A DNA stretch of 64,000 bases from Lama glama (Eukaryota). The stretch lies in the NCBI GenBank assembly GCA_028534125.1, contig CM052817.1, positions 59,274,001 through 59,338,000 on the forward strand. Reading direction: 5' to 3'. The notes below the pieces were generated by a model. It was not told the DNA's origin. It saw only the letters and a program-made list of their open reading frames with translations, and ran no database searches. The translations under genes were made by a program, and so were the position numbers. Below are positions 48,017-61,155 of the stretch, one piece after another; positions within the stretch are counted from its first letter, which is position 1, and each line of letters starts with the position of its first letter.

Positions 48017-51000
48017 ACATTCCATCCAAAAGCAGCATTATATACATTTTTTTCATGTGCACAGGGAACATTGCCAGGTTGGAGCCTATGGTAGGCCACA
48101 TAATAAGTCTCAGTAAGTTTAAGAAAATTTGAATTGTATCAAGTATACATTCCAAACACAAGCTATGAGACTAGAAATCAACTACAAGAAAAAAGCTGCA
48201 AAAAACAAAAAAACCCACAATCACATGGAAGGTACTAAACTACATGCTACTAAACTATCAATGGATCACTGGAGAAATCAAAGAATAAATTAGAAAATAC
48301 CTGCAGAAAAATGAAAACACAATGTTTCAAAATCTATGGAATGTAACAAAAGAATATTAAGAGGGAAGTTTATAGCCATACAGGCCTTCCTCAGGAAACA
48401 GGGAAAAAAATCTCAAATTAACAACCTAATATTACACTGAAAGGAACTAGGAGTAGTAAGGAAAACAAATTCCAGAGTTAGTAGAAGGACAGGAATTATG
48501 AAGATCAGAGCAGAAATACATGAAATAGAGACTTAAAAAATGTAAAATATCAGTGAAATTAAGAGCTGGTTCTTTGAACAGATAAACAAAATTGATAAAC
48601 TTTTAGCCAGACTCATCAATAGAAAGAGAGAGTCAATAAAATAAGAAATGAAAAAGAAGTTACAACTGATACCACAAAAATGTAAAGGATCATAAGAGAT
48701 TACTACAAATAATTATACACTAATAAATGGAGAACTTAGGAGAAATGGACAAATTCCTAGAAATACATAGTCTCCCAAGACTGAAATAGGAAGAAATAGA
48801 AAATATGAACAGACCAATTACCATAAATGAAATTGAATCAATAATAAAATGACTCCCTGCTAATGAAACTCCAGGATCAGATGGCTCCACTGGTGACTCC
48901 TACCAAGCTTTTAAGGATTAGTTAACACCTATACTTTTCAAACAATTTCAAAAAATTGCAGAGGAAGAAACACATCTGAACTCATTCTAAGAGTCCAGCC
49001 TCACCCTGACACCCAAACCAGACAAAGATATCACGCAAAAAAAGGAAAACTACAGGCCAAGATCACTGAAGAACTGTCACTGGTTGCAGATGGCATGATA
49101 GTACTATTCACAGAAAATCCTCAAGACGGGACTAAAAAACCTGCTAGACTTCATCAATAAATAGGTAAACTTGCAGGATACAAAATTAGTGTACAGAAAT
49201 CTGTTGCATTTCTATTTACTAACAATGAACTATCAGAAAGAGAAATAAGAAAATAATCTGATGATTAAAGCAAAAAGAATAAAATATCTAGGAATAAATC
49301 TAACTAAGGAGGTAAAAGATCTATATTCAGAAAACTATAAGACACTGATGAAAGAAACTGAAGACAACACAAACAGATGGAAAGATGTACCGTGTTCATG
49401 GTTTGGAAGAACTAATATTGTTAAAATAACCATATTTCTCAAGGTAATCTGTAGATTTAATGCAATCCCTATCAATATGCCAATGGCTTGTTCATAGAAC
49501 TAGAACAACCATTATAAAATTTGTATGGAAACACAAAGGACCCCAAATAGCCAAAGTAAACTTGAGAGTGAAGAACAGAGCTGGAAGTCATGCTCCCTGG
49601 TTTCTAACTATACTACAAAGCTATAATAATCAAAAACAAACACATAGATCAATAGAATAAAGTAGAGCCCAAAATAAACCTACACATTTATGTCAGTTAT
49701 TTTACAACAATAAAGGCAAGAATATATACTGAGGAAATGACAGACTCTTCAATAAATAGTGCTGGGGAAATGAGATAGTTATATGCAAAGAATAAAATTA
49801 GAATATTTTCTCACACCATATAAAAATGAATTCAAAATGGATTAAAACCTGTATGTAAGACCGAAAACCATAATACTCTTAGAGGATAACACAGGCAAAC
49901 CATTTGTTGACATATTTTGTAGCAATATTGTTCGGATATGTCTCTAAGGGAAAGGAAACAAAAGCAAAAATAAACAAATGGGACCTACTTATACTTAAAA
50001 CCTTTTTCAAAGCAAAGGAAACCATTGACAAAATGAAAAGACAATCTCCTGAATGGGAGAAAATATGTGCAAGTGATATGCTCAATAATGGATTAATATT
50101 CAATATATATAAACAGCTCATATAACACAATATCAAAGAAACAAATAACCTGAATAAAAAATGGGCAGAAGACCTGAGTAGACATTTTTTCAAAGACATA
50201 CAGATGACAAAAGGCACATGAAAAAATGTTCAACATTGCTAATCACAGAAAACTGTAAATCAAGCCACAATGAGATGTCAGCTCACACTTGTCAGAATGG
50301 CTATCATCAAAATGACCATAATTAACAAACACTAGTGAAAATGTAAAGAAAAGTGAACCCTTATATACTGTTAGTGTGAATGTAAATTGCTGCAGCCACT
50401 GTGAAAACATTATGGAGTTTCCTCAAAAAACTATAACTAGAACTACCATATGATCCAGTAATTTCACTTTGGGTATATATCCAAAGAAAACAAAAACACT
50501 AATTTGAAAAAATATATGCACCCCAGTATTCATAGTAGCATTTACATTCATATTATTTACAAATAGCCAAGATTTGGAAGCAACCCAAGTCTCCATCAAT
50601 AGATGAGTGGATAAAAGAAGATGTATTACATACACATGATGGAATATTACTCAGACATGAAAAAGAACTAAATTTTGCCATTTGCCAAAACATGCATTGA
50701 TCCAGAGGATATTGTTCTTAGTGAAATAAGTCAGACAGAGAAAGACAAATACTGAATCTTATCACTTACATGTGGAATCTAAAAATAATACAAACGAACG
50801 AATATAATAAAACAGAAAAAAGAGTCTCGTAGATATAGAGAACAAACTTGTGGTTACTATTGGAAAGAGGGAAGGGGTAGGGGTAACATAAGCATAGGGA
50901 ATTAAGAGGTACAAACTACTATGCTAACAAAAATAAGCTACAAGGACATATTGTACAGCACAGGGAATGTAACTGGTATTATATAATAACTTTAAATAGA

Positions 51001-51119
51001 GTATAATCTATAAATATTTCAAATTACTATGTTGTACACCTGAAACTAATATAATATTTTAAATTAATCACACTTCAGTAAATAAAACTAAAAATTAATA
51101 AATAAACAAATATAATGTA

Positions 51120-51510
51120 GGGCCTTGAAAGTCATTGTAAGTAGTCTGAAAATTAATCTAAATGCAACGGGGAAGCCATTGACAATTTCACTTTTGTGTT
51201 TCCATTTGAAATGATGACTCTGATTCCTGAGTGAAGATAAAATGGGATTGATAAAAAACAGTAAGAAAGGAGACAAGACGCTGCTACATAGACCAGAGAT
51301 GGAATGTTGATGATATACAGTTAGATTGATGAGGTGGAAATTGATAAAAGTGGATGGATTTGTCATATAATTTGGTGGTTGAATCAACAGAATTTGCTGG
51401 TTAAATGGATGTGGAGGATAAGGCAAAATCAGAAATTGAAAATGGCTCACATTCCAAGCTCAAGCAATTATGTGTATAATGAGGCATTTGTCAAGACTGG
51501 GGAAAATGCT
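51120..51510 (-). mobile_element. L2 fragment (right part, continuing past the L1 TSD)
   Basis: gggccttgaaagtcattgtaag...aaatgcaacggggaagccattga...aaaagtggatggatt...gttgaatcaacagaatttgctggttaaatggatgtgg. Confidence 0.8.
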
Positions 51511-52022
51511 ATCAAGGTCTATAATAATTGAGGTTGTCACACTGAAGTTACCTGACGATTTAAAATCTTAGCGATATGAGGAAGATGTTTTCTTTTTTGT
51601 AAGCTTTTCATCATTTAGGTTGTCATAGGTTTAGTTTAATATACATTATCTGATACATAAATTATTGTTCATTTTCCAGGCTATTATTGAACTACTTTCT
51701 TTTGAAACATGAGAGTCTGATATAAAATAAATGTGTGATATTTGAGTGAGACAAGATAAATTCGTACCTGCCTCACACATACTTCTCAGTTATTCTACTT
51801 TTTCCACAAGTATGAGCAAAACTTTCTTGATATTCATGGTGTTATGATTGGTATATAATTATTGGAACAGCTCATAAAACTTGAAAATATTAAAAAAAAG
51901 AAAACCCAGAGTTAAAAATCATGAGAAATAGGTTACACTGACAAAATATTTTAAGTAAAAACCTAAGGAAGACATTAATAATTGGTGTCAAAATTTGACA
52001 GTTCATTTTGCATTTCTCTATA

Positions 52023-52552
52023 TGTGAAAGCCAGCCTCCAAGAGAGCGCCAATGATCTTGCCCTCCTGGTGCTCACTCTCTTATATGTCAGTCTCCTCAC
52101 ACATTTTGTCAAGGAGGGTCTCTGTAACCAGCAGAATATACCAGAAGTGATGGCATGACACTTCTGAGGGTAGATCATTAAGATAGTGTGTGTTTTTCCT
52201 TTCTCTTGGATCAGTAGCTCTGGAAAGCTAGCTGTCATGCTGTGTGAAGTCCACATGGTGAGGAACTGAGGTTTCTGGAGAACAGCTAATGAGAGATGAT
52301 AGCATCCTACTAATAGCCATAGGGTTGAGTTAGGAAGCAGATCTTCCAGTCCTCATCAGACCTTCCAATGACTGCAGCTCTGGCCAACATCCGGATTAAA
52401 ACCTCATGAGAAACTGAGCCCTGATTACTAGCTAAGCGATTTCCAAATTCCCAGCTTATAGAGGTTGTGAGATAGTATTAGTGAAAGTATAATAGTGAGA
52501 TAATAGTGAAAGTATTAGAGGTAATTTGTTACACAGTAATAGTGATAATGCA
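52023..52552 (+). mobile_element. MLT1F-like solo LTR
   Basis: gccagcctccaaga...ccaatgatcttgccctcctggtgctcac...agaagtgatggcatgacacttctgagg...ccacatggtgaggaactgagg...ggaagcagatcttccag...atgactgcagctctggccaaca...gtaatttgttacacagtaatag. Confidence 0.9.
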
Positions 52553-53163
52553 CTATTACTTTATAAAAAACAGAGGGAATAAATGAATCTTCCAAATCTG
52601 TGAGGGTTTTTCTATCCTGGACTAACTCGGAGAAAATATTGATATGTTTTAGAGATTCAAGTCTATTGAAATTATGTAAAATATGTCCGTGTGTTTCTTT
52701 TGAGACTTCCAGTTAATGTCTGATTTTGTAGTGCTGTATATGCATATTAAGGGGGAGATAAGGGAGCCATGAAGTCATGCTCATAGATGAAAGTTCACCT
52801 TTGAGGAGGGACTGATGGCGATGTTGGCTGGGAAGGATGTATTAGGACTTTCAATATAATGCCTGTAGTTACAATTATGAAAAGATAAAAGAAAAGGACA
52901 GTGTTTGTATTCAAGAGTCACAGTCCTAAGTGTCTTATTAAGGAAATCGAAAAAAATGGGGATAAAAGGAAGAAATGAGATGAAGAGCAAAAAGCGTAGG
53001 GCAGATTTGGAAAGCATATTCTGCTGACACCAGATTTGTGAGATGTTCTGTGCAGAAAAAGCGGTGAGTGAGCTATTTGGAAACCATATGGCATGATCTC
53101 ATTGAAAAACGCACAGTGAAGATCTGCACAGTAAATAAACCTATTCACCTTACTGTCACCCTC

Positions 53164-53572
53164 TGTGTTAGTCTGCTTGGACTACTGTAACAAAATGCCA
53201 CACACCTGAGGGCTGAAGCCACAGAAATTAATTTTGTCAGACTTCTGGAGGCTGAAAGTCCAAGATGAAGTTTTAGCAGGTTTGGTTTCTACTGAGGCCT
53301 CTCTCCTTGGCTTGTACGTGGCTGCCCTCTCATTGTGTCTTCACATAACCTAGTCTCTGGGCCATCCCATTCTCTGGTGTCTCTTTCTGTATGTCTTAAT
53401 CTCCTCCTCTTAGAAGGACACCAGCATACTGGATTAGAGCCTACCCATATGACCTCATTTAACCTTAATTACTACCATAAAGGCCCTGTCTCCTAATATA
53501 GTCACATTCTGGGGTGCTAGGGATTAGGGTTTCAATATATGAATTCGGGGGGGGCACAATTTATTCTACCCA
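53164..53572 (-). mobile_element. MLT1A/MLT1A0 solo LTR
   Basis: tgtgttagtctgcttggactactgtaacaaaatgccac...ttctggaggctgaaagtccaagat...aaggacaccag...tggattagagcctaccc...atgacctcatttaaccttaattac...tcacattctg. Confidence 0.92.
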
Positions 53573-56179
53573 CCTTTCCCAAAATTACTTGACTATGACA
53601 ACCTATACTAAGATTAAAGGGCATCACTGATGTCTAGGAGTTCATCAATTAGTTCTCAAAGCACATTTTGTTTGGGATGGGAAAAAGTAATCCTTTGCAC
53701 TAAATAGTCTCTAATAAACCAGTCACTTAAAAATTAGCGTCTACTCCAGCAATCTGCCATACTCATAAGAAAATATATCCTTGCCCATCTATGTCTGTGT
53801 GACACAACATGAAAACCGAAATGGTTCCAAATAAGACCCTGCTCATTTAAAACAGGTGGAATTTAGTCCAGAGAAATGGTTCCAAATTTGTTAAAAGGAC
53901 AAGAGTGAAGGCAAAACGAGGGGTTGTGGGAGGAACAAAAGGAAGAAAAGTAATATTGGGAAGTGGCCGCCACTCCTGCTCTGAAACCCACAAGCTTGTG
54001 ACTGCTGCTGGATTTAGGAGGCTTTGTTGTATCTGGTTGGGGGTCCACCCCAAAAAATGCAGCAGTGACCAGTGCTACTAGTGTCAACAAGCGTACTGCT
54101 CGGCCTGCTCAGGCAGCAGGAATCCAAGACTGCCTTACCCCTCCTGTTGCCACAAAGCGGCCTCCGGCAACTCTCACACTTTCAGACACAGAGACAGACT
54201 TTTCTCTCTTCTTACTGCCTGTGACTTCCTACCACAGTTTCCTCTTGGCAGTGCCTAGAGGAAGCCCCTGACAAGGTAGACTAGGAAATAAAATTGGAGA
54301 CTCTCAACCCCAGCAGTCTGAGGTCGAGAGACAGGTAAATAGCCAACATAGCAGTGGAAATGTCTGTGGTCAATGTACTGTGTGGTTAAACAAAGCAAAT
54401 GCAGTAAATTATGAAAAATTACAAACAAAATGAAAAATTGCAAATGATGACTGTTTGAAATCAAAAGATTAAGAAGCCCTTAATAACACTGAATGAGCTC
54501 TCAGATAATTTTGCAAAAATGACCCTCTTCACAGCTTTTTATAAAAGTCAAATGTGAAGTTCAGGATGTGGTATCATATTCCTTGATGTTATTAGCATAA
54601 TAGTGGTACAAAAATTAAAATGTTACTTATTTCTAAAATTAGTACTTATATTACTAACCTGAGTTTTAACATATACTCCTCTTGACTAATTTCCATTGTT
54701 TTTCATTTCATTTTGCATGATACAGGTGCAAATCAGAATATTAAAATTATTTACCATGCCAGTAAATTCCCTAAGTGGATTCACGTAAATTGGACTTTTT
54801 CTACCACAAATTTTACTCATAGAATGGAAACTTCTGTAATTCCTATCAACATGCTGCAAAACCATTTTTCCACCAAATATATTTTGAGGAACACTGATGT
54901 AACAATAAAAGTCAGATTTGCCACAATGACTGCGTTTATATAAACTGGGTAAATTTGGTTTGCTTTATGACCAATGTGAATTTTCAGAATACTTTTTCAG
55001 GAGTATGTAATTAGGAACAGTAGTTTTATAAGACTAAAATATAAACTAAAGAACTTGCTTGTTCCTTTTCTAGCCAGTGGTTTTGATATATGTGCCATAG
55101 GCTTTGTTTCAATATTAGTATGTTTGTTGCTTATGAGTTCCTAGAGTTTTGTCCTTACATGATTTAGAGTAAGGTTAGCCTGGAGTGTATTTCTGCAGCA
55201 ATAGGATAATATTTTGTGGAAGATCTGTTCTTACCTTGTGCGTTTTACTGATATCTACATGATTTGTTTTATTTAATTTTCTATACTGTTATGGGATGTA
55301 GACAGATGGTTAAATAAATGCTTCAAGCATATTAAAATTAAACCTGACATTTCTGATTACCTTGGCAGATACTGCCACTGATTTACCATAATGAAATTTT
55401 AGCAGAAATGATATCAAACTTTTCATTTTTATATAAAATTATTTTCAAGAATAAAAATTATTATTATTATTATATGCAAGCTTGTATTTGTATGATGACA
55501 TGGCCAACAGCTATATATGCCTATTAATTTTTTCAAGACCATACTATTTAAAATTATGCATCTATTTTATTAGTTATAATTTTGAATCTTCAGATGGATT
55601 AATACATTCAGAAACTTAGTGATGTTATCAAGTCTATGAAATATTTAGTGAAAATTCATGTGGAGCCAGATTTCTGAGCTACGACCTTTTTAGTGCCCAG
55701 TGTAAGAACAGACTCTTGGGGGTTTCATGCCTGAAACTATGACTGAGCCATGTCTGGTTGTGCCAAGTGACTCATTAGTCATAGGAAGAATATTTAGGAG
55801 GCGTGTGGTGATCCATCTGGCAAGTGACCTAGAGAAGAAAGAAATTTGCTCATCTCTACAGTGTCTACTTTGGAAGTACGGTGTTTTATCTCTGCCGCAC
55901 ACACTCACTGTCTTCCTGGGAGGAAGAAAGGGACAGCCTCATCTTTAGACTAACTGAAAGAATGCCATGGCCATTCTGAACTGTGAAGAGACAGAGAAAT
56001 AATCAGACACGGGACCAGAATTTAAGATATGCGTTACATTCAGAAGATAAACTGACCTGGTTGGGAGTCACACATGGGATCAATAACAGAGCTGCAGTTA
56101 ATTGGGCGAGTGTTTAATTGGAAGATCACTGTACTTGGTTACTGACTAGTGAGTGCCATTATAACCCCTAAACATTCTT

Positions 56180-57290
56180 GGAATTCTGAGACATGATGGT
56201 AGCATGAACACATTTTAAAATCTGATAATCTACTTCAAACTTATGAGAGGTAAAGTGTTTTTTAACTATTAAAGTAAATGTTGATGTATAAAAACAAGAT
56301 GAAATTTTCCATAAATATATATTAAAAGGAAAGCCAAGCTTCTAAGTTGGCACTGAAGTCGCAGGGTCCTACAAAGGCTGGTGTAAGGGATAGGCTCCAA
56401 GGGCTAGAGTTTTAGTGACTGAGACTTGGGGGCAGGTATGTACCATTGGCATAAGAGAAATGATGCTGAGCTCCGTGTTTGAGGTGAAGAGTGGGGGTAA
56501 GTTTCCAAATCATAAACAGGAGAAAAATTGTTTTCACCTGTCCTCCTGGAATCCATCAGAAAACTTATGGTTGCTTATATCCAGAAAAAGAATCAAAGGC
56601 ATAGATTAAAGGTCAGAAATATAGCCAGCCTCCTACCCATAGCTAACACAAATTTGGAAACATGAACCCCAAAGACCTTGGGATCAAGTAACTGATAAAA
56701 ACCTTTGAACAGAGAACAGAAAGCTCTTCAGGCAGTTTTTAGCTCAAACTAAAATTACAAAATTCATTAAGGAATCCTATGCCACCAAATGTAAACCCAA
56801 GTTTCCAAAACAAGCAACAATACAATCAAGAAAATAGAATATAAGAAAAAGACGTAAAATTAAGCATGATTGAAATTCTCAACTTACAGGTGGAAATAAC
56901 ATCTATTAGAGGTTTTCAATTAATAAGTAAATAAGCTTTAAAAAAGGATCATCCGGTAATAATGAACATGTAGTAACTGTAAAGATGGACAAAATGATGG
57001 TCTTGACATACTGAAGAGAGGATATTGACTTAAGAGGTAAAGAGTATTAAACCTGTCTGTAGGCAATGCTACAGGAGAAATAAAGTTAAGGAAAATACAG
57101 TAAAGTTACAGACAGGGAATACTGTCCAAGTTCTTCCAAACCAATGACTAACAATTTTCCAAAGGAAATAATGGAGAGTATGAAGGAGAAAAAAATGATG
57201 AAAAGGAAAATGACTGAAAATTCTCTTGAACAAAAGAACATGATTCTGAAAACTGAAAAATGTTCAGTGTTGAATATGACTGAAAAATAA
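56180..57290 (+). mobile_element. Ancient L1ME/HAL1 5' end with ORF1-like remnant
   Basis: A-rich decayed ORF1-like sequence (ttccaaaggaaataatggagagtatgaaggagaa...gaaaatgactgaaaattctcttgaac). Confidence 0.55.
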
Positions 57291-57494
57291 CTTAGGGGGC
57301 TAACAATAGAACAGTAGTATTATAGTTATTGAATCTCATGATATTTCCCACAATAACAGAACACACAGGCATAATAAAGCCATAACCAATACCATCGTAA
57401 GAGTGAGTAGTGCCAAATCGCCTACATCAGCACTGTGGGGAAAGAAATGGAGAGAAGTCAGAAGGGACTCACAATATCCCTGAAAACTAGGCTC

Positions 57495-57929
57495 TGTTAT
57501 GGGGTGAATTGTGTGCCCCCAGCAAGGTATGTTGAGGCTCTAATTCCCAGTGTTCTGAATGGGACCTTATTTGGAAATAGGGTCTTTACAGAGGTAGTCA
57601 AGTCAAAATGCAATCATTTAGGTGAATTGTAATCTAATCTAACTAGTGTCCTTACAAAAGGGGGAAATTTGGACACAGAGACATGTACACAGGGAGAGTA
57701 TCATGTGAACATGAAAGCAGGGATCAAGACGATACATCTATAAGCTAAGGAAGGTCAAAGATTGCCAGCAAATTAGAAGCTTGGAGATAGTTTCTCCTTC
57801 GATAGAAACAAACTTGCCAATACCTTGATCTTGGACATCCAGCCTCTGAAATTGTAATACAATAAATTTCTATTGTATAAGGCACCCAGTTTGTGATCCT
57901 TTATATGGCAGCCCTAGCAAACTAATACA
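57495..57929 (+). mobile_element. MLT1B/MLT1C solo LTR
   Basis: tgttatggggtgaattgtgtgccccc...gaccttatttggaaatagggtctttacaga...tgtccttacaaaagggggaaatttggacacagaga...aataaatttctattgt...ggcagccctagcaaactaataca; degenerate TSD ggctc/gaatc. Confidence 0.93.
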
Positions 57930-57958
57930 GAATCAGATATCAAATTGTCAATACTATT

Positions 57959-57985
57959 GGGGGGTGGGGGTGGGGGTGGGGGCGG
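57959..57985 (+). other. (G5T)n tract; canonical G-quadruplex motif overlapping a GC box
   Basis: GGGGGG T GGGGG T GGGGG T GGGGG CGG: four G-runs with 1-nt loops. Confidence 0.7.
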
Positions 57986-59900
57986 AGCTCAGAGTCCATC
58001 TGAGAACAGCTTCTGAAGAAAGACTAGTTTTTTGGTGAGGGCAAGGGGACCACTAAATGTCATCTGAGTCCTATGCTTTCTTATCAATATGGAAAAGCAA
58101 TTTGTTTAATTTGTATTCCAGATCTCCCTCAAAAATCACTATTTCACACTATGACTCTCAGAGTAAACGAGATAAAAGTATTTCTCAGCATTTGCTTAGT
58201 TAGATTTATTTTAAGGAGAAGAGAGAGGGGTCTAGAAGTCCTTATTAACATTCAGGGGAGCCTAATCTGCTTGTGTTTGAAGTGGCCCTAGATTCTGTGC
58301 TTGAATTTTATATTGAAGCTTTATATCCTTTATACGTTAGACCTAAATTAACATGCTTAATGCAAATAACAAAGGGGATCTCAAACCTAAGTGTCTTCCA
58401 GAAGTTCTTTGGGCTAACTTACAATATGAGAAATACCTGACACAATGTAATTTGGCCACACCTTTCTATACTAAAACATGAGAAATTCCTCAGAACTCAT
58501 AAAGTACAAAACCAACTATTTGACTTCTCTTACTTCTTTTCCAGACTTGAAAAATATAGGATATCCTCCCTGTCTTCTCTTCTTGATACAAAGTTTGAAT
58601 TCAAGGGATGAATCTTATTTACATTAGGAATAAGTTACTCTAAGAAAAAAAAAGCAGAAGGATATACTCAAATGCTACCCCTATCCAACCCACTACAACA
58701 TAAAATACATTTTTTCCCTCCTAAAATTCATTTAAATAGAGCACAATTCAGTTCAAGGCAAAGACTGCCTACCAACATAAAGGAAAGGTGTAGTGTTCAT
58801 TTCCTAATTTTTCCCTTTGTTATATATATTTTTCTTTTTATCCATTAATAAGAAAATCATTGCAGTACATTGACAATTATTAGCTCTTTACAAACAATCA
58901 CACTGGCAATTCAGTTGAATGTGTTATAAATTGCACTCACAAGTAAGATTATTCTCCACATGTTATATGAAAGGTTTGGCACATGATACTCATGAACAAT
59001 AAGATAAGTTTTGTGACTAATTCCCTTTTTTGCTACCAGACTGGAAAATTTCCCATAAATTTTATTTGTGTTTCTGTGTTTGTGACAACCATCTGCTTAG
59101 CCTTCACACCATTTTGTGTTTTAGCCAAGATGAAATTAAAATTGACAGAAGTACCTACTATAAAAAGACTGCACAGATAACTGGGGAGTGGAACATAGGT
59201 CTGCACCCTTGCTTTGCATCCAGAACCTTCATTATGACAGTGTTCTGAATTCAAACATTTTGAGAGTTGCTGAGAAGAATTAGTTTGTAAAGGAGTGTTT
59301 GAATTTAATGAAACTGAATGTTGAGGATGTATAAATATTTATTTCATTAAATGACAAGGTTGGCAATTTAAAGCTTCCTATTGTAAAGCATTCCTTCTAG
59401 ACTGAGGAAAACAATGTTAACTCTCATATTTTTCCTCCTTGTACAGACATAAGATTCTGAAACATTATTATTTAATAGAAAACAATGAACTAGGCAAGAC
59501 TTTTATGTGAAAGGTTGTAATTGTCTCAATGGATGGTAGCTCTAGTTCGTGGCCATAGAGAAAACTGTGAGCTTATCAGTTATTATAAGAAAGGAAAATA
59601 GCAAGGGAATGGCACTACGTGAAACACTAAAAACATGTTATATCAAATGATTTGAAGATAAAAGAAAATATTCTATGGAGTCCAATAAGCACAATGGAGT
59701 AAAATGGAGATTGATTTTATCGATCGCTAAAATGAAATTTACTTTTGCCCTCTCTAATCAACTGGCTTTAAGTGGGGGTAATGAAAGACACACCCAAACA
59801 AGACCAGTCCTTATTTGGGCACCACTTTTTCAAGGAGGAGTCTTAACAATACCCACTCAGGATTGGTCACTTAAATACAGCTGTCACCTCTTTACAGATT

Positions 59901-59990
59901 GCTTTATTCTCTCAGTTACCGTCAAATAGGAAGTTATCACTGCATGTTTAATTCTCTCAATTACTGTCAAATAGGAAGTTATCACTGGAC
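59901..59990. repeat. Diverged 45-bp tandem duplication
   Basis: 59901-59945 vs 59946-59990, 6 mismatches by hand alignment. Confidence 0.9.
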
Positions 59991-60149
59991 ATTTTCTTTT
60001 TTTTTTTTTCTGTAAAACTACATCATAAGAAGTTAAGTCCTCTGACCCAATTAGTTTTTTTTATTTTGATCACAATAAAATAAGTTGTCATTTTTATTGT
60101 ATATAAAACAATTTAGAAGTTGTCTCCCCTTGTATATAAAAATCTCCAT

Positions 60150-60250
60150 TTTTAATGGTTCATTTCAGAGCCATCCCTATCAATTATTATGAGGGATAGT
60201 TCTTATGCTCCTTTTACACATGATCTAGACTGAAGGAAGACATAAGTTGC
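60150..60250 (-). mobile_element. MIR fragment
   Basis: tatgagggatagttcttatgctccttttacacatgatctagactgaag resembles the antisense MIR core. Confidence 0.45.
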
Positions 60251-61069
60251 CTGCTTTATGATTCCTTTTCCATGATCCCCAACTTGATTCCTATTTGACA
60301 TTGTAGGGGGATGGCAATTCCCATGGGCACAGTATCTCTGGGTCTCATCTTTCAAGCCCTATGGAAATGTAAAAAGAGAAAACGTGAAACTCAAAGGTCA
60401 TAGGAAGAAAATGGAATAGCTCTGCTTAGTATCCATTATAATGACTTTTCTCCTTTCTATTAAAGGTCTACTCCATATTATGGTGGACCAACTGTGATTT
60501 TCATGGTTCCATATCATTCTTTACTAATGTTAATGATTCTTATCTTGAGGGGTAGATTGCAGCAGGTAGTGTGAGCTCTGAACTCATCCTACTGATTGGA
60601 GTGTGTGATCAAGTAATTATTATTCACGGCACCATTTGAAAATGTGCCCAAACCTAGACAATAGCAACTTATCTTGAGTAAAATAGGGGCATTTTTGTTT
60701 GCATCCTGACACAGTTGAGATTTCTGTCTAATCTATAATACGATATATACCCTATGATAGCTGTATATGGATTATAAATAAATTAAAATTTTAGAATAAA
60801 TTTATTCAAGAAAGTTTGCATGATTTTTGATGAGGAATGTTACACACTAAGCAACTAATGCCAATTATTTAAAATACACACAAATATATAAATAGAGTGG
60901 TGAGCAGTAGCGCTGAAACTCAAAGCAGAACAGATCAAATTTGAGACTATGCAAATGTCTTTCTTGAACTAATAGTAGTACACATAATCATTCCAATATG
61001 TAATGTGTTTAGGCTAGGGGAATAGGAAAAAAGAGAAGAGGTAAATCAAAGAAATCTCTTCAGTGAGAA

Positions 61070-61155
61070 CTGAGCTTAATTTCATCATGAATAAAATTGG
61101 AGATACTGAACTAGATATTCGCCATGGTTCCTGTCATATCTAAAATTCCGTGAGT
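61070..61155 (+). mobile_element. MIR/MIR3 3' fragment
   Basis: gagcttaatttcatcatgaataaaattggagatactgaactagat...ggttcctgtcatatctaaaattccgtga. Confidence 0.5.

Larger units (their letters stand above)
44810..51105 (+). mobile_element. Near-full-length inactive cetartiodactyl-type LINE-1 with 14-bp TSD
   Basis: TSD acaaatataatgta at 44796-44809 and 51106-51119; C-rich repeated 5' UTR; ORF1 remnant (ORF 46724-46993 REWHNISKVMKGKNIQQKILYPA...ALQEILKGLL); ORF2 remnants (ORF 49261-49497 [26 protein letters not shown]); A-rich tail. Confidence 0.97.

Noticed and set aside
54148..54165. Second CTCF-like site GCCACAAAGCGGCCTC
   Set aside because: Mismatch at a highly conserved G of the core
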